Part shown: piece by piece, positions 13,441-28,144 of the stretch | Layout: each line of letters starts with the position of its first letter | How positions within the stretch are numbered: position 1 is the first letter of the stretch | DNA from: Mactra antiquata | Lineage: Eukaryota | Direction of reading: 5' to 3' | DNA: 64,000 nt | NCBI GenBank assembly: GCA_047288015.1 | Contig: CM103826.1 | Location: 3,789,510 to 3,853,509 of the forward strand | Program-made: the position numbers and the translations under genes | The notes under the pieces: model-generated | Databases searched by the model: none | Told to the model about the DNA's origin: nothing | Seen by the model: the letters and a program-made list of their open reading frames with translations, nothing else

Positions 13441-16397
13441 TGGTTCTATAATTGAGTTAAATGTCATTTCCAATGATCGCCTGTCGTTACTCAATCTGGT
13501 AGCCTTGCATTAGAATGAAGCGCGACGTTTCTTTCCAATGACCTTACTACAATTCCGTTAACAGACTTTGTTTCGATGATTTGTATGATAGAATGATTTG
13601 TCTAGGTTACAATAGTAAAAGCAATGTCTCATCATTTGTAGTTTTCGTCCATTATTATTATGAACAACACAGTAGCCCTTTTGCAGTCGCTCTTTGAGAC
13701 CTATTTAACTACTATGTGATATAATTTGTGCTGTGCACATTAATATAGTTTATAGCCATGTCACGAGTTGAGCATAAAGAGAAAAAGCAATTTGGTAATG
13801 CATTTGTGTCTAATTTATTGCACAATAGCACATTTAGATTTACAAAACTGAAATATTGAGACATCGCTGAAATTGGTAGAAAAATCTCGACAATTGGATT
13901 AAATATAATTTTCAGTGTCCATATCTCCCTTAGAAATATCTTTGATTGACACGATTTCCTCTGGTGATTTCTTTAGCTCTACACAATGCCATGGCATTTG
14001 TTTGAAAATTATTTACGTCAACAGCGAAAATAATATAATATCAAAACTCACCTCTGGTCACTTTAAATGCTTTTGCCAACAAAATTAAATATTCCTCGAT
14101 CGTGTCAAATCGATATTTCCGTGTTTTTTTTCCAAAGAAGCCGATGAAACTTCGTAGTAAATACAGCTATATTATATTACGAATGTAATTGTTCAATGTC
14201 CACAATCAGTGAGTCACATACATAACAAGTTGGCTTGTTTTTTTATCTTTTACCGATATATTGGTTACTTCACTAAAGAGACGTTATAGTCAAGACTGTA
14301 ACACACAATGTAAAGTTAATGTAGGAGAGTGATCGTCATTCTGACTTCTCCAAGATATCAGTCATACTGTTCTACTAAGAAAAGTTTTGTTGTGATTTTC
14401 ATGCCATCGCCTACCCACAGAATAAAGTATTGGGCACAGATTAATTGAAATCATTGATGTGGGTATGTTTTAAATACTGTCCACACATCGTCTCTAAGGT
14501 AAGTGTGTTTAATGGGGTGATTTTGAAAGGTACATGTAGTTGTATAAGACCAAGCGGTTTACTGGAACGATTGTGATTTGAGATTAATATGGTTTGGTTA
14601 ATGATCCCGGCTTCGGCACTAAACCTCCAAAATAGATGTCTTAGAAGAATTTTATTGGTACTGGCACATGTAAAACAGGTTCCAATTAGCATAGCCTGCT
14701 AAGGCCAAAAGAAATATAGAGTGTGGGGCACGTAATTGAGTGAGCGGATTACGTTTGTGTGAGGTAATGGAACACATGTCAATATTGTATGTTAAAACCA
14801 CGTGTTACAATGTTGTTTCCTTTCATTTATGTAACTGTTTCAAGTATCACATACTTCCTACATAACTTCCTTGTTATATAATGAATTCTGTCCTGATTTC
14901 AGATCAGTGAGATATTTGACATTAGGCATTCATATTACTGTTAGAGTTCTAAGAAATTTAGTTATTTTTCCCGATTGTAAATAGGAAACCATTCAAGGCA
15001 ATTTCACTAGGAATTTGATTTTAATTCCCTAGAGACCTGAGTTTATATTGTGCCATTAATACGCATAACTTTAAATATGAAGAAATTGTTCACAACATGG
15101 TACACAGTGAACTAAGAGCAAAAAGCAATATTCTTGATTTAAGCATCAAATGCCTTCATTGATTTTGTCAATTATATATTAACAATACCGCTTGAGGTCA
15201 TTATAATTCTGTTAGAGTGCTATAGAACACATTGCACCAATTTTGAAATTTGAATAATTATGTTAAATGTAACACTTAAAATTTCATTAGATTGAAAGCA
15301 ATGAAATGGTAAATGCCTCAATTATTCTAATTTCAACTTTGGCATTTTGTAATTAACGCAACTTTATTAAATTGATTTTAACACAGCAAATAAAGAGAAA
15401 TTCTATATTCAATGTTATAATTATTTCTAGAACGTTGATTTTTCATGTGAGAGGCAATTATTTAAATTACCGACAAAATCACATGTCAATGCTTTAATTA
15501 TTGTTTTCCAATTCAAGTGATTGAATCATTGGTGTATAAATACTGCCCAACAACTTTTCGAAGAGCTACTTGTAAACCAATGGGTTTGGAATCCTCGCTG
15601 ATTGATTTTTTCAAAACAATAAAACAAGTACTTGCCAACTATTAAGCGTTGAACTCTCACTTGCTGTGATTATACGGCGGCGTGGAAACGTTTTTATATC
15701 TACCAGTTAATTGTTTTGCAATATTTGTAATAAGTATAAAAGCTCTTTACCTCAAATAACCTTAATTGCTAAGAATTTACGTATATTGTAATGCATTGCT
15801 TTGAATGTGCAAATAATTTTTGACACTTAACATAATTTCAGTTAATTTTCCAAGATATTACTTTATAATTGAATAAAATGTCTTTGTATTTAGGGAATAC
15901 ATTTAGATAATAGTAATACATTGAGATAATAGTTAGTCATTCTGAACCACTTATCATCAATTAGACATATGCAAAGTTTGTTTGCTTGTTTTCAAAAAGC
16001 ATTTATCATTATAAGTAAATAAATGAATAATTACCATGCGTCTGCCTAAACTGAACAACATAATTAAAAATAAACAGGCGCCAGTTTCGCAAAATATAAA
16101 GGATTAGGATAATTTGCTTTGTTTTACAAAGTAAACAACAATAAATAAATTCAACCAAATTTAAAACTTCTACATAAAAAAGTTCTTATGTGCTTGGATC
16201 AAACATATAATTAATGATTAACAATGGTAAAAAAATAATAACAGGATCTGTTTTGGGTTTCTAGAACAATGTGTAAGATCAAAGTGAACTGCTTATCGAC
16301 ACCATTATTTTTAACTTCAGTTAGTTTTATTTTGTATCTTATTCAACAGTTAGTCTGTTTTAGCACATGTGGTATAGGGCAATATTTTCTGAGTCTA

Positions 16398-16646
16398 CTA
16401 CCACCGTGGGACATATATTTTCTCAATATGAACTATTTGAAACAAAAGAACAGGAACAAGATCAGGTTGATATCGATCCATAATTTTAGTGAAATTGAGG
16501 CAATTAACGCGTATTGGTCTAATAACTATTGTCGATACCACGGACAAAGGTTTAAAACTACAGTCTCCGTTTTTGCTATTTCGAAAATGAGCTTTCAGAG
16601 TTCCAAATCCCCTTTCTAGTCCAGACATCACAGAACATAAGACGTC
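16398..16646 (-). pseudogene. Fragment of a PIF/Harbinger-type (DDE_Tnp_4) transposase C-terminus. It is truncated and abuts a SINE head.
   Basis: The translation ...LERGFGTLKAHFRNSKNGDCSFKPLSVVSTIVIRPIRVNCLNF... matches the Harbinger C-terminal signature E(R/Q)xFGxLKxRFRxL......V..II.AC.VLHN. The frame is closed by a stop at 16647-16649. This is from memory of the family consensus. Confidence 0.3.
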
Positions 16647-16815
16647 CTAACGGTTAGCTCAGTCGGTAGCGCATCTGACTTCAAATCAAGGGTTTTTATT
16701 CCAAGACGGAATCTACAAACCCTGGTTCAGTTTGGTCACGCAATAGGTTTTACTGTCTTTCTCCCTCCTATCGTTATATCCATTTGTGCAGTTGTCAGCT
16801 ACTGGCGAAGGTAAG
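16643..16815 (+). mobile_element. Truncated, diverged family A-like SINE. It has the tRNA-like head ACGGTTAGCTCAGTCGGTAGCGCATCTGACTTCAAATCAAGGGTT.
   Basis: Head plus central domain similarity (CTTTCTCCCTCCTAT...CAGTTGTCAGCTACTGGCGAAGGTAAGTG). Confidence 0.55.
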
Positions 16816-19354
16816 TGTTTATTGTATATCCTTAAAAATCGTTTATCTGTTAGCAAATATTAATTGCTAAAAACGTATAAATACACGCGAATAATTACAT
16901 TGAACACTAAATACAATTTTCTTCTAACACTCACCAACTTGTGTTTTAATAATCCCACTACAAATACTTATCTACATATAATGTGTCTGCTAATGTCTCT
17001 GCTTTCAGTCACGCCCTTGATGATAAAACAAATTGCATGCGCATCCGAATTGACCTAATAATAAAGGCATTTTTACCACCTAAATGACAATGAAAACAGA
17101 AATGTAATTAACGATAAGATGTTTAACATTTTAGTGAAAAATAAATCCATTTTATGAATTATCTACAGATGTATTTTATGATAATTATTGACGTATTAGC
17201 TCATTAAATTTAATGCAGTCGATACTAAATTTGTTCTAATATTTGAAGGGTTGCTCTTTTTGGAGAAAACTTGTGAATCGTAAATATGCATCATGCCACT
17301 TTTTATCATTTAATATCAAAAAGCGTGTCATTTGAATACAATGTTCCAAAGTGACGTTAGGTGGAAACAGTCTAAGAAAGAGTTAGAGGTTTAAATTTTA
17401 CTGATTAAAACAATGTTAGTTCTATCTGTGTTTGGCAACCTTGGCTATTAGTGTAAGTCACCATCGGCAAAATTATATCAACTTACTTATTTGATTTTTA
17501 CTAAAATTTATATTGACACCATGATATACTCCAAGTCTATAAATCAAGAAGAAGATATCGTTGAATAATGACGTTTTACTGAAGTGACCCAGCATAAGAA
17601 AATCATTATCTTAGACAACATTAATTCGTCTGCAAACGCTGCCAGTTTTGTTGAATAATTATATTGAATTGTCTGAGGAAAATAGTTCTAAATTCATATT
17701 GCACTAGGATGAGAAGCACTAATACTCAAGCAAGCACCTTTGAAAGCCATTTTCATTCAAACCTTAACTTACCTTATCGTTGGTGTGAATGTATTTAATA
17801 AAAGATCTATTAAATATATTCAAACATTCATATTCGTTTTAAATGACACTGACTGCATAACTTAAAAGGGAGATTCAATAAAAAAACAACTTGAGCTTAA
17901 ATGAAAGATATTTTAGAGACGAACACAGAAATAAAAGAGTTTTTAAAATCTCATACGAGTACATTTTAGAGGATTTTCACACACAATTCATAATGACACA
18001 AAATTGAATTCATTGGCTGCAACACCAATGTAATTTGTCAGATAACACTTCCAAATTAACAAATTTAAGAGCGATAAAATGACCAAATGCACTATGCCAG
18101 TTTCAATTATTCTGAAACACTTGACTTTTTGTAGTTGATGTGACTTGATCAAATTGATTTAAACACAGTGAAATAAAAAAAAACGACATCCACTATTGAC
18201 ACGCCCATCCGTCGTTTAACTAAAACAGCAATTATTTAAATTGCCGATAAACTACAGGTGAGGACCTATTTTATTGGTTCACAATACTTTTGATTGAATA
18301 GATGTTATAACAAAGCATTCAATTTTTAAGCGCACTTTATCTAGAATAACCTTAATTGATACGTAATATTATTTAATTGTATTGAAATGCACTGCTTTTA
18401 ATGTGTTGATCCTAAACATATACTCAATTTCAAGAAATGTAACTCCATGATTAGATTAAATGTCTGCGCGAAAATGTCTACGAAATACACTTAAATAATA
18501 CTTTGCCATTAAGAAACACTTATCATTAATTATCTATATGCAAAAATGTGTTTGCTGGCATCCGAAGACATTTGTTAATTTTAGTTAATGTTAAATGAAT
18601 AATTGCCATGCGCCTACCTTTACAAAACTTTTCCGAATACCTTTACGAGATTGTAACATATCTCCTGTCAATGTAGCTTATTTAAAATAGAGAAAACAGT
18701 AAAAACTTTCAAGTTTATATTGATCCATGTTATACATGAAAATTGGAAACAGTAAAATTGGTGAAGGTCCAATCTTCCCTTTCAGAGTTCAGGAAAAAGC
18801 TTTACATGGCCCATCTCCACCATCTTGCCCAATAATCACAGACAATGTTTGGAACACTTTATTTCACATTACGAAGGGCACACCAAAGAACTAGTATGAG
18901 AAAGCAATAAAATATTAAAGTTGACAGCAGACTAATCTTGTAGTTTGCTAAAACATTTTAATGTAGGCAAGACTATCCAGTCACTTTCCAACAAGATGAA
19001 AAGCATTGCAACTAGTGTTTACAGGAAGCATCTAGTATAGTACAAAAACATTAGCAATGTGATATATTCAGGTTAAAACTTACATTGTCTGTAATAAAAC
19101 TATCTGATATTTAGTCACGTTCATAGAAAACGTTGCGCATCAGTCAGAATTAAGCATTCAGCTCAAACATGGCCATCAGGGAAGGTTGATTACTGCGAAA
19201 CACCTATGGTAGAGTTTGTACGTAATATGTTCATATTCCACAGCACCGATATAAGGGGATCTAAAGTTTCGTTTACCTTATTTAAACGTGTATATACACG
19301 AAGGAACTACCATATGACAATAAGGTCATTTCAAGGGTACAGAAACATAATATC

Positions 19355-19575
19355 CCGGGTCCGTAGCGCAGTGGTTATGAATCTAGTGTCCCGAAGGGGT
19401 GGCAGGTTCGAAATTCACCGGGCTGGTTATAACCTTCAATGAAAATTTGACAAAAATGTCGATTTTCCTTCATTAATAAGGTTTATGGACAAGTTGTTGA
19501 CTTTGTGGAAAGGTTCTGGTTGTAGAAAAGGATCCAGGAAAGCTAGGTTAGGTGAGTGGCCGCCGCAAAATGACC
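19355..19575 (+). mobile_element. Diverged family C SINE, + orientation.
   Basis: Head GGGTCCGTAGCGCAGTGGTTATGAATCTAGTGTCCCGAAGGGGTGGCAGGTTCGAAATTCACCGGGCTGGTTATAACC, then ...TTTTCCTTCATTAATAAGG...GGAAAGCTAGGTTAGGTGAGTGGCCGCCGCAAAATGACC. Confidence 0.65.
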
Positions 19576-22500
19576 ATTATTTGTTTTAACACGGCAATAA
19601 ACCCAAGCAATCAATCAATAAATCAACAGAAATATGCAAGATCTATAATAGTCGTATATTTCCCCGAGTTGTGTCTGTATTGATATATGAGAATCGCACG
19701 TTGATTTACATGTTTATATAAAACGAACTAGACTAAACATTGCGCGCATGTTATGCTCGTACATATATTTGTTTATTCAATATGATAAGTACATCTATTC
19801 TGGTTTTGCTGTTTACATAACTGAACAAAACATTATTATCCTTTATCAGTGATTATAATCACAGATGTCGAAAGCATATATGTACAAATTACCACTACAT
19901 TATACAGTATAACCTATTAAAATGCACCCTGGAACTAACTTGAACCCTGATGCTTGAACGCATCAACGTTTATACTGTTTAGACCCAAACGTGTCCGAAC
20001 AGAATGTTCAGACTAGACTTGTTCAGAACGTGTTAGAGCAATATAGCTAAAATGCATGTAAGTACTGTCCATATTTGATATGATGTTTGCTTTCTGAGTT
20101 TTAGAGCAAACACAAATATTTGCTAATATAAAGATAAAGTTCACTTGTGTGACTCAATGTTACAAGTACCTCTTTAACAAGGGATATCTCAAGTTACAGA
20201 GAACGAAAGAGCTCTTCCAAGAACAGACATGGTACATTTGGAAACTAAAAGAACTACTGATATGAAATTAATTCTAGTTGTTTGTGCACCCGAAATTTTA
20301 AAATCCACTTTCAGTTGCGCCATTATACAAGTATGTAGTCAACTGATTTATAACTTTGAAAATATGGTTCAAATATCTATGGAAACACTGTATATGTGAA
20401 CAGATATTTTCAACTCAGATTATGACTTGGTTATGCGCTATTAGTCACTCAGGCTGCGAATTGTTCCCTCAGAAAATACTATATACAATTTTATTACTAA
20501 AGAGATTTGAATGGACCTCAGGGCCAATATGAGAAAGTTTTATTGTTGTTTGTGTGCAAACACTTCCCAAGGAAGTCTCTAGCAGTCAATAAATGTTCAC
20601 TTTTTATTACATTAGGATACATGTAAGAAAGGGTAATGACTTTTCTTGCAATTAAGAAATTCTTTTCGGGACAGTCTTGACGTCACTCGTTGTCCTTGAT
20701 CTTCTTAGAAGATTAATTTAGTGTTGTTTTGTTTTGAAAATTCAAATTTGCAGACTAAGAAAACACTGTTTACTTAATCAAAAGATACGTTGACAAATTT
20801 AATTTTGAATGTATCGTTTTTCCTTAAATAGCTTATCGTCGCCAGAAACTCGACAGACTTATAGAAATTAGCTAAACGCTAATTTTTTGGATCCATTGTG
20901 CTTTTCATCCTCTGGTAAATGTACAATTTGAATGAAATGATTGACAAAGACCTCAGATAATTTGTACATGTTTTGTGTTGATGCGCCGTTAAACCCAAAC
21001 AAACAAACAACATTAATTGTGTATGCTCAGTGAGGTTATCTACATGAATTGGCTTCCTTTCAATGCTGACCAACTGTCACAAAACTATTGTGTAAGTAAG
21101 TAAACAGTCTTACCAATTTTCTTCCCGGAAAGTTCGAATTTCACATTTTCTGGACTACATAAATTAGTTAAGAACGAAATGTAGACTTAAAAATAAGTGC
21201 TACATGTATTATATATTGGTTTTAGCAAGGTCTTATACCCCTTTTCAACATTCATAGCAGGTAGACAGTACCTGAACATCTTTCCTGAAACTCACCAGTA
21301 CTGGACTTCTATCCTCCACCGTCAAATGCCTAATTCTCACATGAAAAATCGTGGCTAGAACGACCTCACTATCCTATATCAGTTTAGATGAAATTGTGGT
21401 CTGATACTAAATAAAATTTCGACGACGATATGATCTTACCTGTACAATACAGTCCTTTTCGTTTTTAAAAATAAATTCGGTTTCTTCAAACGTAGGTGAA
21501 CCACGAATATCAATGGAATTCCGATTACCTCAACTGCATCACTTTAAGGTAATATTTATTCTACTAACAATCAATATTTTCCGCCGGTTTACGATTGTCC
21601 GTCCGTGTGATATTTTCGCCCCGCCAATAAAATTAACATGTTGTTTGTTTCACAATTAATCTATATGTCTTTTAAATTATATACCTTTCAGTCCAAATGA
21701 CAGGGAAAGAACATTTTTACGGCGTAAGAACAAATTCAACGTACAATTATCTCTTTCTAGAGAGACAAAATGTGAACTATCACAGCGAACTATTGACTGA
21801 AATATTTAATCAACACATATATGTAGGCCAAGCGGGAGAGTAAATGTGCATTGTAATTTCGAAATCATCAAAAAATTGGATAAAGATATAACATTCAGAG
21901 ATAATAATCCCTTTGAAAATATCATACATTAGTACCATTTCCTCAGAATATTCTTGAAGATCTACACAATTTCATCAATGCCATGACTTTTGTTGTCAAA
22001 CGTATCGACACTAACAGTGAGACAAATTGATTAAAACTCACATTTGATCCCTTTATATGAAAATCGTTCAAACAATTAATTATCCATCAATTGTGTCATG
22101 TCAATATTTCCGTGTTATTTAAAGTAGCAAGCAAATATCCTGCCAAGTAACTAAGGCTATATAATATGACGAATGTAATTCAATGTAATTGTTCGATGTC
22201 CACATCAATTAGTCACATACAATATCTGTTTTCTTATTTATTAGTTATTTCACTAAACAGAACTTACAGTCGAAATTTAAGTTATGGTAAAGGTAACTTA
22301 GGATAATGCTGATACAAGCCGTTTCTTACAGTAACAGATCGGTCATACCGTTCTATATATAAACGGAAAGAGGTAGGTTCGTTAACCCTTTAAATCGTCT
22401 CTGTTAATTCAAAGAAAGAAATTTGATTACCTTCGAGGAGAATTTCATATTCCGCAATTAAACCAAACTTCGAAATTAAGAAGTTGTTTACAACTAACAA

Positions 22501-24351
22501 TGAACTAAGGGCACAACGCAGATATTTCGCTTTAAACAACCGGCATGGAAGGCCATAATGTTCTCAATGCTATTTCAATCTTTCTTTATAAGACCATACT
22601 ATACAGCCTATAAACTGTAGAACTCACCGGATCAATTTAGAAATTTAAATAATTGCAACACTTTGATTTTACACAAAATTCAATTCAATGAAACTGTAAA
22701 ACGTAACATGGCTCTCTCAATTATTCTAATAGCAGACCTGACATTTTTGCAGTTGATGTGATTTTATTTGATTAATTTTACACTCTGAAAAGAGTTATTC
22801 AACATGTGCTGATGTCACAACTCCGCCTTGAACGTCGATCTAATTGGAGCAGCAATTATTAAAATTCACCAACAAACAAAATGTCAGTGCCCTATTAATA
22901 TTTTTTCCAATACTTGTGATTGAATCATTGGAGTATAAAGTAAATCAAAGTACTTATAGCACTGAAGTTTAGCGTAATCAATGTATGGCTTTCCTCTCAC
23001 GTAACCCATTCCCATAACCCGGGGTTATAGATTCTCAATCTAACTATTTAATATTTATATATCTTGTTTTTCTTGTCAAAAATAAAGTAGAACCTACAGA
23101 ATTAAATATGGTAGAGGTAACTTCGTTCAGTAAAATCATTTTGATTGAAAAATATATTTTTTCTAGTTTTGGATATAATGTTTGAGTGCCGAGTTCTACC
23201 ATTAACATCCCATTTTATTGAAAGTATATTGTCTAAAGTATCAAAGGATCTCTTTTATCACTATAATTATTTTCATGATCATAATATAATGTCTGTTAAT
23301 TATTCATTGTAAATATGTTTTAAACAGAAAAATATAAAGACATTGAAAACAAGTTTAAACAAACGAAAAGCATTGACGAAGATAAATTATACGTGAAAAC
23401 AAAATTCAAAGGTATGCATTCGCCGGGATTTGAACCAGCGACGTGCTTAGCATACTGAGTGATTCCATTCCGGAAAAGACACGAGTACACAAGTCGTCTT
23501 ATAGTATAAAAGTATATATATATTTAGAAACATAACAATATTATGACGGACGATTCCGGTGTTTTAACGAATAGTTGTTATGAGGTCAATCAGAACAAGT
23601 CCCTCATATGTATATAGACGAACGATTGACCTAAGGAATTAAAGAAACAAGTTCATGCTTCTTTGGATGACAATGGATCTTCAATGTAGTAGTAAAAAAG
23701 ACAATCGCGACAAATAGCAAAATATTACTGCGTGGGTGTGGTGTAATGCTGAAAATCTTCCACGGCTCGTAGAATTCCTTACGGAATTTCCATAATACTC
23801 AAACAGTTGTTGAATGTAGTTATAAAAGTTAAGTGTCGCTTACGCGCGCTAAACTAAACACATCAACGTTTGAAGCATTATTTGTCAAACAAGTGACGTA
23901 AAATGCTCTATGATTGATTTTTTGCAAATCAATAAAACCTATCTGCCAACTACTAAATGTTGCGATTAAGCGATGGCGTAGATACGTTTTTATCAACCTT
24001 ATGAACCTGTAATTAAATATATTGTAACGCATCGCTATGAGTTTTTAAACATCTATTCTAGTTTTGCTGTTTACACAGCTTAACAGAACTGATAATTCTA
24101 TATTAGTGATTTTAAGCACATTTTATAATATATCTGCTAACTGCCACTCCACTTTGGAATCATCTTATAAACAATCTGAATTTAAAGACCACAGAGTGCT
24201 TCACTTCATTTCATTTCGTAAAAGTTTCCCAGTAAGCTAAATTGTTTTTTTAAACTTTTGGTATGTCAAACCTTCTTTTTTGCATTCTTCAGATAAACAT
24301 TTTTATTTCATGTTAGACGACCCAAAAGATGCTCTTGTTCACGTGAATATA

Positions 24352-24635
24352 ATATGTTTATTGGGTTTAGCGCCGTGCTTACCCAAATTATGATCATTTT
24401 ATGGCGGTCAGCTCATCTAACCTAGCTGTTCTGGACGCTTTTCTATAACCAGTACTCGCCTACCTTTCCACAAGACCGACAACTTCTCCATAAACCGTAT
24501 TAATGGTGAAAAGTGATATTATTGTCGAATTTTTATTAAAGGGTATAACCAACACGGGTGGGTTTCGAACCAGCGACCCCTCCGGGACACTATTTTCGAA
24601 ATCCTACGCGTTACCACTGCGACACGTACCCGGGA
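24352..24635 (-). mobile_element. tRNA-derived SINE, family C (head CCCGGGTCCGTGGCGCAGTAGGCTACGCGCACGATTTCGAGTCTAGTGTCCCGAAGGGGTCGCTGGTTCGAGCCTCACCCGGGCTGGTTATACCC).
   Basis: Reverse-complement copy with 3' module GAGCTGGCCGCCGTAAAATGACC...ACGGCGTTAAACCC. Confidence 0.8.
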
Positions 24636-26223
24636 TCGTTTTAGAAGAAATGGTTTAACTAGAATTGTTTTAGGCAAATGAATCATGTTGTGTCTTCAAT
24701 TAAACTATTTTAGGCGATGCTATGAAGAAATGATGAGTCAGTCTAGCTGAAAATTGTTGTCATCTGATGTACAACTATGATAATATTGTTTAAATATTTA
24801 TGAAAACTCGAAATTTCTATAAGCCTGCGGAATCTTACAATTGTGATTATGACTTGGTTAGGCGTTATCAGTCACACAGTCGGTGTTTTTTGCTTGAGTT
24901 TGTTTTATTGGTGTTTGTTTCCTAAGACTTCCTAAGGAAATCTCTAGCAGTTAATAAATGTTCAATTTTATTACAATGTAGACAAGTGTGTAATGACTTT
25001 TGTTGTAATCAAGGAAATTATTTTGGGATAGTCTTGACGTCAGACGTTGTCTTTGAATTTATAAGAAAGCTTAGTGCTGTTTATTTTGAATGTCAAATTC
25101 ACAGACTAATACAATACTGTTTACATGTTCGAAACATGCACTCATCAATTTAATTTTGTATGAATTGGTTTCCTTAAATCATTTATTATCGCCAGAAACC
25201 CGACAGAATTTGCCATAACTTGATTTCTTCTTGCCATTCATACTCTGGTGAATGAACAACTTGAATAAAATTATTGCTTTAGACCTGATGCGATTTGTGT
25301 ATTTGTTAATAGCGTATGTTATGAGAGATGATAAATTTGAAGTGATTCCTTCTCAATGTCACAAAACTATGAAAGAAGAAACTAGAAAACAATCTTACCA
25401 AAAACTAGACTCAATATACACCAAATTTTACTTTTTCTGCGGTACACAAATTAGTTAGAACAAATTGCAGACACATAAATTACAATTAAAGAAATAGATT
25501 GGTTTACCTTGATGCCCGTTTTCATGCCCCCTTTCTCACCGTGGTCTGAGCTGGGCTTGAACTCGCGACCATCAATCATTTCTACAATTTTAGTGGAATC
25601 AGCATTCGCATATGAACTGAATAGACCGCCCATGGATTTATAGTGATGATGTAACATGATTAAACTAACAAGAAAGAACATTTAATATCTATTACTTGCT
25701 AAATTATGGAAACCATGTAGAGGTAAATTATTTTACTTGGCTGCAAATGTGTTAAAATGACTACATGATGAGCTTAGAAATACATTCAAATGTAATTCTA
25801 TATTAATCGTGAAACAAGACAAAAACACATCTGAATTATTAATGCAACAGTTTAGATGATTTTTTCCCAAACATAAAAATTAATGGTCGACCACGATATG
25901 ATCTTTATAGAATTTTTATCAAATCCAATACACACGAGATATGAAAATAATATTTGATAATCTGAATAAGTCGTTATATGTTTGTTCAGAGATTAAAATA
26001 AAAATTAGTACAAAAACGTTAATTAACACTGAAGTGCATGCTGTTCAGCTTAATTTTATTCATAAAAAATACATTTTAAATTTGCATCTATAGTGACATA
26101 TGAAATGCATACTATACTTACAATGAAACAAGAAATAAATTCAATTATTGAGGAGATAATTTTCGCTCAACATTTAACATTCAGGTAAAACATAGAATGC
26201 ATTATACAGAATATCTTTTTTAA

Positions 26224-26443
26224 TTGGGTTTAACGTCGTATTCAACACATATTTTAGGCTATATATACAACGGCCAGCTCTTCCTACTATAGGTTTCCTG
26301 GACACTTTTCTATTACCAGTACTATCTTACCCTACCACGAGGCCGACAACTCATGTTTAAGGTATGACCTGCCGCGACTGGGCTCGAATCCGCGATCTCC
26401 AGATTCGAAGTCAGACATGCTACCACTACGCCACGGACGCGGC
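26224..26443 (-). mobile_element. SINE family B.
   Basis: About 90% identical to 3253-3470. Confidence 0.8.
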
Positions 26444-27379
26444 TTACAGATTATCTAAAGACATGCGTGAATAAATAAACCATAATTTTATTATGACAAT
26501 TGTTGATGTGTCAGCAAATCAATTAAATGCATTCTTTACCAAAGAAACATACACACGAAATGTTTTCATTTATTATATATGCACAAGAAAGCGATTTTTC
26601 AGAATGCAATCAAATCATATCTATTTATATAAAGCAAAAATATATACAGTCTATATATTCGATTGCGCTTCACATTGAATCACATATTTAATCCCAGTAT
26701 AAAACATTTAATGTATATTTATGAAATTTTGAGAATAAAAAAATAAGATATTTTTTTCTGAATTTATCTTCCGTTGATATGGATTTTAAGTCATGTTGGA
26801 GAGCGTTCCACCCTTTTGGGCCAACAACACGACTTGGCCTATCGGTCATCTTAGTCCATTTCTTGGAACAGCTAACTGAGCACTACCAGAGGATCGTAAG
26901 TGGTATTTGTATAGGTGAGAAGCTCAGTTAAGTAAACAGGCGCAGTTTTGTTGACAATTCTGTCAAAGTGACGATGTAATATATAGTTTGTGATTTTAAA
27001 CTTATTGATTGAAACTAAGTTTGCAACCTTGGCCATTATTGTGAGTCACCAAAAAACAGGAAAGGTATCAATCTTATTTCTTTTTTACATTAATTTGTCT
27101 TGATAGAACGGTATACTAGTACTCCTAGTCTAGAAATAAAAATGTCTACACAATTATATTGTTCCGAGATATCGTTGAATAATATCATTCTACTGAAGTG
27201 ACCCAGCATGAGTAATTCATTATCTAAGACAAAATTAATTCTTCTACAATAGCTTCCAGACAAATTTGCTACGGTATCATATTACATTGCTTATTCATAC
27301 TAGGTATGGGGGTGCACCTATTTAAGTATTACGAAGGCAGTTTCACGTTTAAAATTACCCAAACCATGTAAATGTTTCT

Positions 27380-27605
27380 TTTTTTTAAATTGTGTTTAAC
27401 GTCATATTCAACACATATTTTAATTTATATTAACGACGGCCAGCTCTTCCTACTATAGGTTTCCTGGACACTTTTCTATCGCCAGTACTAACTTACCCTA
27501 CCACAAGGCCAGCAACTCATGTATAGGGTATGACCTGTCGCAACCGGGTTCGAACCTGCGATCTCCGGATTCGAAGTCAGCTAATCACTACTCCACGGCC
27601 GCGGT
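27380..27605 (-). mobile_element. SINE family B with target-site duplication TAAATGTTTC. A paralogous empty site lies at about 33255.
   Basis: TAAATGTTTC flanks both sides (27370-27379 and 27609-27618). The corresponding position in array unit copy 2 (CCATGTAAAATTTGCGTTCAAATACATG at about 33248-33275) is uninterrupted. Confidence 0.8.
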
Positions 27606-27652
27606 TATAAATGTTTCCTTCAAATACATGTTATTGCAAATTGCAGAAAATT

Positions 27653-27680
27653 GATTTGTTTGTTTGTTTGTTTGTTTGGG
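27653..27680. repeat. (GTTT)6 microsatellite.
   Basis: Direct reading. Confidence 0.9.
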
Positions 27681-28144
27681 TTTTACGGCATATCAACATC
27701 AAAGGTCATATCATGCCGAGTGCAAAGTAAGGCAACGTAAAATAAAATATACTTTAAAATATAACTAGTATACAAATAAAAACATATAGGGATAACTACG
27801 CAGAAAATTGAAAGTAAAATTAATTTCAGTACAATCTTAATTTTGAAGTTAGCTATAAACGGCACGATTTGTTTCCGTTTTGAAAAATACCAATATTAAA
27901 TGTTCAATCGGTTCGGCAAGATATAAAGATGAATAGCCACGAAAATAACCCATTATGTCGTATATGAATCATTGTCGAATAGAACTGACTTTCCAGCCAA
28001 GTCATTGGTCTACCAGAAAGTCGGGACGACCAGAATCTAATTTCTTTCCAATAATATATAGAAAATTTATATTATAGGCTCAATGCAAAATTAACTTTGG
28101 CAACCATAAAGAGGAGACACAATATGATCAGACAAGCTTTAATT

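Noticed and set aside
16269-16619. 116-aa plus-strand ORF.
   Set aside because: There is no recognisable similarity. It overlaps antisense to the Harbinger-like fragment, so it is most likely a chance ORF in AT-rich sequence.
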